Assembly (NCBI GenBank): GCA_965222575.1
Contig: OZ244958.1
Coordinates: forward strand, 288,001-352,000
Source of the DNA: Alphaproteobacteria bacterium
GTDB lineage: Bacteria > Pseudomonadota > Alphaproteobacteria > G965222575
DNA: 64,000 nucleotides
Reading direction: 5' to 3'
Below the pieces are notes generated by a model that had not been told where the DNA came from, did not search any database, and was given only the letters and a program-made list of their open reading frames with translations. Both the position numbers and the translations under genes were made by a program. This document shows, one piece after another, positions 47,880 to 56,972 of the stretch. Position 1 is the stretch's first letter, and every line of letters begins with the position of its first letter.

Positions 47880-49136
47880 ATGACTATCAAAACAGACTCT
47901 CCCCCTCCCTCCCCTTCCAGTGGGCACACCACGCCTGCGGGACCTAGACAAAATACCGCTAGTGTCCGCGACCAACAAGAAACTTTTCTTAAGTTTATGG
48001 AGAAAAAAGCCCCTCAAGAAAAAGGCACGCAACAGAAGCCTTTTGAACAGACTCATAAAAATACAGAACAATCTGCCTTCTCACTCTTTGGAAAAAAATC
48101 CTCCCACACACCCCAAAGACAAGACCTCCCACAAGCACCACTCTCAAAGTCCCCCCAAAATCTTCAACAAGCGGAAGTCTCAAAAGCTCCCCAAGACCTT
48201 CAACAAGCATCACTCTCAAAAGCTCCCCAATCTTCAACCTTCAACAAGCCTCTGTCTCAAAAGCTCCTCAAAATCTTCAACAAGCCTCTGTTCTCAAAAG
48301 CTCCCCAAAATCTTCAACAAGCTTCTGTTTCAAAAGCTCCCCAAGACCTTCAACAAGCCTCTGTCTCAAAAGCTCCCCAAAATCTTCAACAAGCCTCTGT
48401 TTCAAAAGCTCCCCAAGACCTTCAACAAGCCTCTGTCTCAAAAGCTCCCCAAAATCTTCAACAAGCTTCTGTTTCAAAAGCTCCCCAAGACCTTCAACAA
48501 GTGCCTGTTTCAAAAGCTCCTCAAGACCTTCAACAAGCCTCTGTTTCAAAAGCTCCTCAAAATCTTCAACAGACTCCTACTTCAACAGCCTCTTTGGAGG
48601 CACGTCAAGAGCAGCCGTCGCCTCTCAAGGCGTCGCCCCTCAGGGCTTCAAAGGCGGAAACCCTTTCTGCTACAGAGCGTGCTGTTGCCGATAAGGTGAT
48701 TCCAGAAAAAGCGGCTCTTGTGGGCATGGAGGCAACTGCTTTCGCAGAAAAAATAGCCATAGCGGACAAAAATGTGCCTGCTCCCTCTAGAATTGCGGAA
48801 ATCGCCAATAAAGTTGCCAAGCAAATACTGGTACAGGATGCCGCTTTTTCAAGTCAAAAACAGGTGACAATCAAAATTAGCGATAGTCTTCTTCCTCAAA
48901 CAGAGATTGTTGTTCAAAAAGTTGGAGGGACATTACAAATCGATATTCAAACGCTCTCCGATGCTGCTGGGAAACTTTTGTCTTCTCAACTCCCCTCTTT
49001 ACAACAACAGCTTCACAATCGCTTACAGGGGGATGTAGCGGTATCGCTGAATTATACCCCCGAAGACCAACAAACGGATCAGGATGGGCGCTCCAGACAG
49101 GAATATGTTGCACCTGAAGAGGAAAGTGAGCACTGA
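47880..49136 (+). CDS. sctP: T3SS needle-length control (ruler) protein with tandem repeats
   Basis: Position O-P-Q; C-terminal T3S4-like ISDSLLPQTEIVV...QDGRSRQ. Confidence 0.78.
   Translation: MTIKTDSPPPSPSSGHTTPAGPRQNTASVRDQQETFLKFMEKKAPQEKGTQQKPFEQTHKNTEQSAFSLFGKKSSHTPQRQDLPQAPLSKSPQNLQQAEVSKAPQDLQQASLSKAPQSSTFNKPLSQKLLKIFNKPLFSKAPQNLQQASVSKAPQDLQQASVSKAPQNLQQASVSKAPQDLQQASVSKAPQNLQQASVSKAPQDLQQVPVSKAPQDLQQASVSKAPQNLQQTPTSTASLEARQEQPSPLKASPLRASKAETLSATERAVADKVIPEKAALVGMEATAFAEKIAIADKNVPAPSRIAEIANKVAKQILVQDAAFSSQKQVTIKISDSLLPQTEIVVQKVGGTLQIDIQTLSDAAGKLLSSQLPSLQQQLHNRLQGDVAVSLNYTPEDQQTDQDGRSRQEYVAPEEESEH
48120..48575 (+). repeat. 36-bp tandem repeat (SKAPQ[N/D]LQQASV), about 12-13 units
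   Basis: Seen directly in DNA and protein. Confidence 0.92.
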
Positions 49137-49556
49137 AGATATATCAAAACTTATACAGCACAGGAAGTCATGCTCAACAATCACAGTGTGTCAAGGGAAA
49201 ACAAAGCGTCTCTCTTTTGCCGTTGGCGGTATTCCTTATACACGTCTTTTTTTAGAGGACATACCAGATGAAAATGAGTACTGAAATACTATCGGACACT
49301 TATACAGCACAGGAAGTCATACTCAACAATATCGTGTGTCAAGGGAAAACAGAGCGTCTCTCTTTTGCCGTTGGCGGTATTCCTTATACCCTGCTTTTAG
49401 AGGACATACCAGATGAAAATGAGTACTGAAATACTATCGGACACTTATACAGCACAGGAAGTCATACTCAACAATATCGTGTGTCAAGGGAAAACAGAGC
49501 GTCTCTCTTTTGCCGTTGGCGGTATTCCTTATACCCTGCTTTTAGAGGGCATACCA
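49122..49556 (+). repeat. Three tandem ~145-bp copies of the sctQ 5' end
   Basis: Copies at ~49122, 49268 and 49413; the last two are almost identical. Confidence 0.92.
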
Positions 49557-50402
49557 AAAGAGAAACCCCAAGAGAGGGGATGTTGGTATTGCCTTCAAAC
49601 ACCAGCTTGGAAGCTGAATTGTTTTATCCCTGACCTTTTGTGTCGCTGTTTCATACAGGATACAGCCCAGATGAAAGAGGTAGATTTATTTCTAGCCGAT
49701 GAAGAGGTGGTGGATGTGTTGCTCAGGTGTGCTCTTGAGCCTCTTTTTTCCAAGATTACGCCTGTGTCTTTCGGGCGTGGTCGAGAAGAGAGTGAACAGG
49801 GTATTGATGTTGTTTGTACCCTCCAGCGTAAAAACCAACCTTTTGCTTGTTCTGTGCTTTTAGAGCTCCCTAGCAGTGCTCTTACCTTCTTCAAAGACCT
49901 CTCTCTTCAGACACAGGAGAAGGACATTGAAGATTTGTGTGTGTTTGAAACATTTTTGCTTCTTGGAGAGTGCACTTTAACGCCAGAAGAGTTAGGCATA
50001 CTTGAGAAAGGAGATATTGTCTTTTTAGACTCCCCTGTAAGAGGGCTACAAAAGGGAGAAAAATGCATCTCATGCGGGGAAGCGGACTACCTTGTCTTGG
50101 ATAAAAAGGGGAGCATACAACGTCTGTCAAAACCCAAAGAAGAAAATGCTTCTGTCATCAAGGCAACAGTGAGGGTGCAGATACCATTTCTCTCTTTATC
50201 CTTAAAGCAGCTAAAGGATGTGTTAGAACAAAAGCTCTTCTTACATAGCACCCCTAAAGAGCCGCAAAATGTCAAAGCTTATGTACAAGACAAGCTGTTA
50301 GCCGAGGGCATTTATTGCTCCATTATAGGAAAAGAGGCTGTACAGCTGACTAAGGTTTGTCTTGCGGCAGAAGCTCAAGCAACGAAAGAGAGCCTAAGCT
50401 AG
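49413..50402 (+). CDS. sctQ: T3SS cytoplasmic ring protein (divergent)
   Basis: LGECTLTPEELGILEKGDIV and C-terminal LLAEG...AVQLTKV SpoA-like motifs; position after sctP. Confidence 0.65.
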   Translation: MKMSTEILSDTYTAQEVILNNIVCQGKTERLSFAVGGIPYTLLLEGIPKEKPQERGCWYCLQTPAWKLNCFIPDLLCRCFIQDTAQMKEVDLFLADEEVVDVLLRCALEPLFSKITPVSFGRGREESEQGIDVVCTLQRKNQPFACSVLLELPSSALTFFKDLSLQTQEKDIEDLCVFETFLLLGECTLTPEELGILEKGDIVFLDSPVRGLQKGEKCISCGEADYLVLDKKGSIQRLSKPKEENASVIKATVRVQIPFLSLSLKQLKDVLEQKLFLHSTPKEPQNVKAYVQDKLLAEGIYCSIIGKEAVQLTKVCLAAEAQATKESLS

Positions 50403-51208
50403 TGGAGAGTAATGCTCTTAACCTTGAAGAGTTGATAGGCGCGTATGAAAAAGGCTTTTTATCTGTTATTCTGTGCTTTCCGCGTCTACACGCTACTTTC
50501 GCTCTTTTGCCTTTTATGAGCAAGCAGGTGATTCCGGGCATGGCGCGAAATGGGATGGTCTTATCCCTAGGGATACCCTTATATGCCCCTATGTACTCAG
50601 CATTAAACCTAGACATGATAACCCCTATGTTTGTGTTCGCTCTTATTCTCAAGGAGGTATTTGTAGGCTTGTGCATGGGCTTTTTGTTTGCCATTTCCAT
50701 TTGGGCTGTAGAAGCGGCAGGGTTTTTTATTGATAACCAACGGGGGGCGTCCATGGCGAGCTCCATGAACCCGCTCTCAGGGAGTACAACATCTCCTTTA
50801 GGCATTTTATTTATTCAAGTGCTAGCAGCGTTTATCTTTGTATCCGGGATTTTCTTATTGTTTTTGCAAGCGATTTATGAAAGCTATCATGTCTGGCCGG
50901 TTTTATCCTTCGTGCCTAACTTGAATCAACCCTTAGAGGGATTTTTTCTCTCTCAGTTAGACAAACTCATGTCCCTAGCTGTCATTTTAGCGGGACCATT
51001 AATTTTATCTATGTTCTTAAGTGAGATGGGGCTAGCGTTCGTCAATAGGTTTGCACCTCAATTGCAGGTGTTTTTCCTTGCTATGCCTATTAAAAGCGGG
51101 GTCGGCATTTTTATTCTCATCATCTACATGCCTTTCCTTGTGCAGTATGTCATCGACAATTTCACGGACTTTGAAGGGATTTTCTCAGATTTCCTCAAGC
51201 TATTATAA
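50402..51208 (+). CDS. sctT: T3SS export apparatus protein SctT
   Basis: KEVFVG, AGFFIDNQRG, RFAPQLQVFFLAMPIKS. Confidence 0.93.
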   Translation: MESNALNLEELIGAYEKGFLSVILCFPRLHATFALLPFMSKQVIPGMARNGMVLSLGIPLYAPMYSALNLDMITPMFVFALILKEVFVGLCMGFLFAISIWAVEAAGFFIDNQRGASMASSMNPLSGSTTSPLGILFIQVLAAFIFVSGIFLLFLQAIYESYHVWPVLSFVPNLNQPLEGFFLSQLDKLMSLAVILAGPLILSMFLSEMGLAFVNRFAPQLQVFFLAMPIKSGVGIFILIIYMPFLVQYVIDNFTDFEGIFSDFLKLL

Positions 51209-51218
51209 CCCGTTCCTC

Positions 51219-52286
51219 ATGAGTGAAAAAACAGAACCCCCTACGGATAAGAAGATAAGAGACTCCCGAAAAAAGGGGCAAGTCGCAAACAGCAAAGAGT
51301 TAGTGTCGGCTTTCATGCTCACTGTTATACTGATGTATTTTTGGGTTACCTCGGACTTTTTGCTCACTCATTTTACAAAACTCATTTCACTGCCCGCCGA
51401 TTTTTACGAGCTCCCCTTTCGTGATGCGCTACCGGGCGTCTTCAAAGCCTTGTTTAAGCATGTTTTTCTTATCCTCCTCCCTGTCATAGGCCTGACTCTC
51501 ATAGGCGGTATTTTTATCAATTTCGTACAAGTAGGCCCTCTTCTAGCTTTTCAAGGGCTCAAACCGGATTTGAAGAAACTCAATCCTGCCCAAGGTATGA
51601 AAAAAATCTTTGCCATGAAAAATCTCGTGGAGTTTATCAAATCCTCTGTGAAAATCTGCTTTTTAGGAACATTGATGTTCTTGCTGGTGAAAAATGCCAT
51701 TGCAGACCTCGTGATAGCCCCAGCCTTTGGCATTGGCAGCATTATAGACATAGGGGCTGACCAATTCAAAAAGGTCATTATCTACACGCTTTTAGCCTTC
51801 GCGCTGGTGGCGGCGTTTGATGTGTTCTATCAACGCATGCGCTATACAAAAGATTTAATGATGTCCAAAGATGAAATCAAGCGTGAGTACAAAGAACAAG
51901 AGGGCGACCCCCTTATCAAGAGTAAACGCAAACAATTCCACAGAGAAATGATAGAGGGAGGAGTAGAAAAAAAGGTGGCCTCTTCCTCTGCTGTGGTGAC
52001 TAATCCTACGCATTGCGCTGTTGCCATTACCTATAAAGCAGAAAAAACGCCTCTACCAGTGATTGTCGCTAAGGCAGAAGGAACAAGGGCTCAAAGAATC
52101 ATTGAAATTGCGAAAAAAGCTTCTGTGCCTATCATGCAAAATATTCCCCTTGCAAGAGGTCTTTATGAAGCAGCAGAGTGTGATCACTATATTCCTTCCG
52201 ATTTCATTGAGCCGGTGGCGGAAGTGTTGCAATGGGTTCAACAATTAAAATCCCAAACACCCTCCTCTGAGAACAGCACGCCGTAG
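51219..52286 (+). CDS. sctU: T3SS export switch protein SctU
   Basis: MSEKTEPPT.KK, KREYKEQEGDP, NPTH. Confidence 0.95.
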   Translation: MSEKTEPPTDKKIRDSRKKGQVANSKELVSAFMLTVILMYFWVTSDFLLTHFTKLISLPADFYELPFRDALPGVFKALFKHVFLILLPVIGLTLIGGIFINFVQVGPLLAFQGLKPDLKKLNPAQGMKKIFAMKNLVEFIKSSVKICFLGTLMFLLVKNAIADLVIAPAFGIGSIIDIGADQFKKVIIYTLLAFALVAAFDVFYQRMRYTKDLMMSKDEIKREYKEQEGDPLIKSKRKQFHREMIEGGVEKKVASSSAVVTNPTHCAVAITYKAEKTPLPVIVAKAEGTRAQRIIEIAKKASVPIMQNIPLARGLYEAAECDHYIPSDFIEPVAEVLQWVQQLKSQTPSSENSTP

Positions 52287-52365
52287 CATACAAGAAACAC
52301 AATTTTAAGCATTTAGAGATAGCCTATTGCCACGTAAAGGAAGTAAATCTATAGTGTAACTAGGT

Positions 52366-53763
52366 ATGCCTGCCATAAAACAGAATCCTGCTACTTTATT
52401 GGCGAGTACAGCGGTTGCTCAAAAGAATAATCAAAAAGAGGAGCAATTACTTGGCCGATCTGTTACTCTTTCGGCAAGTCGACAACAATTAAAAGAGAAT
52501 CCTGCTGCTTCGTTGGCGCATGCAGCGGTTAATCAAAAGAATAATGAAAAGCAATTACTTGACCGATCTGTTAGTCTTTCGGCAAGGCACCAACCCTCTA
52601 ATCAAGTCAACCCCTCGAAGAATCAAAGCCTAAATTCCTTAAAACCCTTGGGGCAAGATGTATTATTAGGGGAGAAAACCCCCTCATTTCTGCAGGGGAT
52701 TAATCAACATCTGTCTTTTAACGAAGTGGTGGCAACCTTTGTTGGGCCAGAGGTAATTGTTGACAATATGGAAGACCTCATCAAGACCTTGGAGGGGGCG
52801 AACAATGACTCTGTGACACATTGTACTCATCAACTGCTCTCTTCTTTGGAAAATGAACATGAGCAGTTGGAGCAACAAGCATGGAGTCTTGTTAGTGAAG
52901 AGGTTGCTGAAAAAGTACAACCAAGGACAGAACCCTTAAAAAGGGAAGAGGGCTTTGAGAAAAGCGATGTGTTGAAATTGTGGTCAGCGACATCAACGAC
53001 ATCAAATGCAGAGAAGCAATTTTACGACATGAAAGAAGAACTTGAGCAATTAAATTCCCATCTTCAACAAGAGGAGGAACATATATCATTTGCCCCTGCT
53101 CCTGTTAAAGCTTTACAGAGAAGTCAGGAGTATTTATCGCAAATACAACAAGATTCTAAGTCAAGAATCAAGTCTTTCAAAAAGCCGTTGCGACAACTAT
53201 CTCATCGTTTAAGTACTGAAATCCAAGACCGAAAAAGAAGTATAGAAAACGATCTCCCGTTATTAGAAAAGGAAGCAAGAAAAGCAAAGGAAGGAAAGAA
53301 AAGAAAAGCACCACAGGTGCGGCAATTGTCTGATTTATTAGAAAAGGTCAAGCAAAATAATATGAAAATTGTTTATGTGAAAGCGTTGGCTCAAGAAGGA
53401 AGCAAAACAGCTTCGAAAATAGCGAATCATTTAAGAGAAAACTTAGGCTCTATGCCTAAACCTACGCCACCTATGCCTACACCTGCGCCACCTATGCCTA
53501 AAGCTACGCCACCTACGCCTACACCTGCGCCACCTACGCCTACACCTGCGCCACCTATGCCTAAAGCTAAGCCACCTACGCCTACACCTGCGCCACCTAC
53601 GCCTACACCTGCGCCACCTACGCCTACACCTGCGCCACCTATGCCTACACCTGCGCCACCTATGCCTAAAGCTAAGCCACCTACGCCACCTACGCCTACA
53701 CCTACGCCACCTACGCCTAAAGCTAAGCCACCTACGCCTAGTAGATGGAGCATGGATATTTAG
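52366..53763 (+). CDS. Hypothetical protein with coiled coil and Pro/Thr-rich tail; T3SS effector candidate
   Basis: Follows sctU; duplicated N-terminal ~32 aa; (PTPAPPT)n tail. Confidence 0.7.
   Translation: MPAIKQNPATLLASTAVAQKNNQKEEQLLGRSVTLSASRQQLKENPAASLAHAAVNQKNNEKQLLDRSVSLSARHQPSNQVNPSKNQSLNSLKPLGQDVLLGEKTPSFLQGINQHLSFNEVVATFVGPEVIVDNMEDLIKTLEGANNDSVTHCTHQLLSSLENEHEQLEQQAWSLVSEEVAEKVQPRTEPLKREEGFEKSDVLKLWSATSTTSNAEKQFYDMKEELEQLNSHLQQEEEHISFAPAPVKALQRSQEYLSQIQQDSKSRIKSFKKPLRQLSHRLSTEIQDRKRSIENDLPLLEKEARKAKEGKKRKAPQVRQLSDLLEKVKQNNMKIVYVKALAQEGSKTASKIANHLRENLGSMPKPTPPMPTPAPPMPKATPPTPTPAPPTPTPAPPMPKAKPPTPTPAPPTPTPAPPTPTPAPPMPTPAPPMPKAKPPTPPTPTPTPPTPKAKPPTPSRWSMDI
53452..53740 (+). repeat. 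21-bp coding tandem repeat (PTPAPP[T/M])
   Basis: CCTACACCTGCGCCACCTA[C/T]G units. Confidence 0.9.
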
Positions 53764-53776
53764 AGCTTTTGGGGAA

Positions 53777-53860
53777 GGCTGGAGGTCTCTGGCTGGAAGT
53801 CTCTGGCTGGAGGTCTCTGGCTGGAGGTCTCTGGCTGGAAGTCTCTGGCTGGAAGTCTCT
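53777..53860. repeat. 6 x 14-bp tandem repeat GGCTGGA[G/A]GTCTCT
   Basis: Counted directly. Confidence 0.95.
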
Positions 53861-53913
53861 TACTTCCTAAAAGAGATGTCCTTCTCGTAAAAAATCAGGA
53901 GGGCATGACAAAA

Positions 53914-54053
53914 GCCCCTAGAAAATTGTTGCTGCCCCTACAAAATTGTTGCTGCCCCTAGAAAATTGTTGCTGCCCCTACAAAATTGTTGCTGCCCCTA
54001 CAAAATTGTTGCTGCCCCTACAAAATTGTTGCTGCCCCTACAAAATTGTTGCT
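53914..54053. repeat. 7 x 20-bp tandem repeat GCCCCTA[C/G]AAAATTGTTGCT
   Basis: Counted directly; no spacers. Confidence 0.95.
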
Positions 54054-54085
54054 GATGTTGTAGCAACCCTTTATACTGCCCTCAT

Positions 54086-54709
54086 ATGAAAACGTCTGAT
54101 TTCCATAGGCTGATGACTTTAGAGAAGGTTTTGTCAGTGGTACTACAAAAAGCTGGGTTTCGTATACCCGCTGAGTTGTCTTACTATAGCTTAACAGAAC
54201 TGCTTCACCTCACCCACACACAGCAGCTCCCTGAAAATGTCTTGCCCGAAGAAGCAGTCCAATTCCTTGCAGGCTTTTTCCACTTATCTGCTAGAATGCA
54301 AGACAATACCATCAAAAATCTTCATATTACCGCTTCAAAAGAAAAGCTCCTACAGCATTTTTATGTCCGTTTCTCTTGCCTCCACTTAGAAATCCTGTAC
54401 GCTTTTATTCTCAGTGCTGAAAAAGGGATACACACCTCTCTTCTGCTGGAAGCCGGCACCAAGAAAAAAATCAATCTCATCCCTAAAGACCTCCTCAATA
54501 AAATTCTCCCGCACTTTAGCCACTCCTCCATGTCTGTTCTGCTACTACACAATCATCCAAGTGGCATCGCCGACCCTTCTAAAGAAGATATTCTTTTCAC
54601 CAAACACATACAGAACTCTTTAATTTCGTTGAATATTCCTCTCTATGATCATTGGATTATTGGTCATAATACCTATTTTAGTTTCAAAAACCAGGGGCTT
54701 ATCCTCTGA
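54086..54709 (+). CDS. radC: RadC-family JAB-domain protein
   Basis: LHNHPSG...PSKED...LYDHWIIG...YFSF. Confidence 0.85.
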   Translation: MKTSDFHRLMTLEKVLSVVLQKAGFRIPAELSYYSLTELLHLTHTQQLPENVLPEEAVQFLAGFFHLSARMQDNTIKNLHITASKEKLLQHFYVRFSCLHLEILYAFILSAEKGIHTSLLLEAGTKKKINLIPKDLLNKILPHFSHSSMSVLLLHNHPSGIADPSKEDILFTKHIQNSLISLNIPLYDHWIIGHNTYFSFKNQGLIL

Positions 54710-54724
54710 GCTCCCCGCATAACC

Positions 54725-56860
54725 TCATACTTGCAGGTCGGTAAAAATAGTACGGGCAAATTCCAGCGATTGCTCGAGAAGCGCTAAATATTGCTCTCTC
54801 CTTGCGTCGTTTTTTATTTCACTAGCATCCACTTCGAGTCCTATTGCATTTTCTATCCGTTGCAGTGTCTCTGAAACGGTACCCCTGTCGCTGATACCTA
54901 AGACCTCAAGGAATTTTTTTGGGGTTTCGATCTGGTGCCCCAAGTCCGCCCATATCCCTTGAATCTCCTGCCATTCTTCAAGATTGTTTCCTACTATCTG
55001 TTGCATCTGTCCTTCTAGGTCTAGTGCTTGTCTCCCAGCAGGCCCAACGGACTTAATATCTTCTAGGGGGGCATACATAGCAGTGATAAACTCCCGCGTT
55101 TTCTTGATAAGCGCTACATGTTGCTCTTTCTCTGCGTCCCCTCCCATGGTACTAGCATCCGTTCTTTCTGATTGTGCAATTCCCCCTTCTATCTGTTTCA
55201 TTATCTCTGCAGGGGTATCCCTGTCGTTGATACCTAAGACATCAAGGAAGTCTTGTGGGGTTTCGACCGCTAGCCCAAAGTCCTGATATCCCTCTTGAAT
55301 CTCCCGCCAGTCGTTAGGAAGAGCGTTCATTGTCTGTTGCACCCGTCCTTTTAGGTCTAGTCCTTGATTTTCTCCTACTATGTCTTGCATCTGTCCTTCT
55401 AGGTTTAGGTCTTGATTTTCTCTTACTGTCTGTTGCGTCTGTCCTTCTAGGTCTAGTTCTTGTCTCCTCATACGCTCAACGGGTCCAGTATCTTCTATGG
55501 GGACAAATGCACCAAGGACAAATTCCCGCAATTGCTTGATAAACGCTACATATTGCTCTTTCTTTTCGGCGTCTATGGCACTAGCATCCACATCTTGTTC
55601 CGATATCTCTTGTATCTGTGCCAGTATCTCTGGAACGGTATCCGTATTATCTTTGGTGATACCTAAGACATCAAGGATTTGTTTTGAGTTTTCGACCTCT
55701 ATCCCCAAGGCCTGAGCTTTCTCTTGAATCCCCTGCCATGCCTCAAAATTTCCTTTTACTGTCTGTTCTAGCCGTCCGGGTATGTTTGCTCCTAGTGCGT
55801 TGAACCAAGCCTTGCGAACGGAATCAATAATGCTGTCCCCTTTATCAGATGTTAAACTCTCTCTTAAATCAGATATAGCATAAAATTTCTGTACCAATTT
55901 TTCCTTATGTTTTTCAAAACTTAAGATATTCTTAAAGTCCTCTCCTCCAGAAAAATTGGAGAGACGGCTTAGCTTGTTTAGGTCTTGTGTTAAGGAGTTC
56001 ATCACACCTCCTAGTTTTTGTCGGCGGTCATTGAAAAAAGCTTGGGCCTGCTTGTAGCGCTTAGCAGAATCTCTAAACAATAGTCCTCCCGTTGCTCTAT
56101 TCCATTTTTGCTTTTTTTTCAGAGGTTGGTATTCCTCTTCCTGTAAATTGAGAGCCACTAGCTCGTCGCTTTTAGACTGAAGATTCTTACTGACAACTTT
56201 TAGCTGTTCTTGTACAAGACTCTCAAACTCTTTTGGTTCAGAGACGTTTGTAGCAGCCAACAAGGAGACATCAATTCCTTCTCGTTTCAAATTTTTGTTT
56301 ATCTCATCAAAGTGTACAAAAGCCCTGTCTAATCTTTCACCCATCTGCTCTAGTTCCGTATCACAGCGGTCTACAACCTCTGCTTTTGTCATTGTCTCTA
56401 ACTTTTGTATATAGGCATCAGGTAACTGATCCCCTATAAAAAATTGTTTCAACAGAGAGTGATTGATATGCTGGGCTTGTTCTCTAACACTGGAAGGGAC
56501 ATCAGGCCCCTTAAAGACCTCACCTGTCAAGCTTTCTTCTTCCCATTTCACAAAGCCTTTAACATCGTCAGACGTAATAAGCCCGTACTTATGGTTACAT
56601 TGAAGAAAGCTAGAAAAATCTCGCTCAATTTTTCTCTGGTCCTTGTGTCCCATGCCGCTTTCTGCTAAGTGCTGGGCAACAGCGTGCTTCACTTGTGCGT
56701 TAGAGTGCGAGACCTTTGCTTGTTCCCCTGGTGTCATCACATGCTTAATATCACGCTTTGCAATTCCCTCATGGAGCACAACAACCTTGCCGCTTGCCCC
56801 CTCTGTTCTCACCGGATAGTTACCCTGCGTGCTGAGAATGTCTCCTAAACCAATATTCAT
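54725..56860 (-). CDS. Hypothetical helical protein, paralog A (three C-terminal repeats); effector candidate
   Basis: High identity to 56973-58721; repeated W..IQ....LG...ET....L.VLGI module. Confidence 0.8.
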   Translation of the reverse strand: MNIGLGDILSTQGNYPVRTEGASGKVVVLHEGIAKRDIKHVMTPGEQAKVSHSNAQVKHAVAQHLAESGMGHKDQRKIERDFSSFLQCNHKYGLITSDDVKGFVKWEEESLTGEVFKGPDVPSSVREQAQHINHSLLKQFFIGDQLPDAYIQKLETMTKAEVVDRCDTELEQMGERLDRAFVHFDEINKNLKREGIDVSLLAATNVSEPKEFESLVQEQLKVVSKNLQSKSDELVALNLQEEEYQPLKKKQKWNRATGGLLFRDSAKRYKQAQAFFNDRRQKLGGVMNSLTQDLNKLSRLSNFSGGEDFKNILSFEKHKEKLVQKFYAISDLRESLTSDKGDSIIDSVRKAWFNALGANIPGRLEQTVKGNFEAWQGIQEKAQALGIEVENSKQILDVLGITKDNTDTVPEILAQIQEISEQDVDASAIDAEKKEQYVAFIKQLREFVLGAFVPIEDTGPVERMRRQELDLEGQTQQTVRENQDLNLEGQMQDIVGENQGLDLKGRVQQTMNALPNDWREIQEGYQDFGLAVETPQDFLDVLGINDRDTPAEIMKQIEGGIAQSERTDASTMGGDAEKEQHVALIKKTREFITAMYAPLEDIKSVGPAGRQALDLEGQMQQIVGNNLEEWQEIQGIWADLGHQIETPKKFLEVLGISDRGTVSETLQRIENAIGLEVDASEIKNDARREQYLALLEQSLEFARTIFTDLQV

Positions 56861-56972
56861 GATAAAAATCCCTGTGCTGTTTTGTACTCTTTTTAGACCT
56901 TACAAAGAAAAAATTAAAAAAATCAATCTCATTCTAAAGAAGATATTCTTTTCACCAAACACATACAGAACT

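Noticed and set aside
47920-48699. 259-aa alternative-frame ORF over sctP
   Set aside because: By-product of the stop-free 36-bp repeat; no independent evidence
53427-53753. Gly-rich antisense ORF
   Set aside because: Mirror of the Pro-rich repeat
53914-54053. 20-bp array as a CRISPR array
   Set aside because: Units are contiguous with no unique spacers
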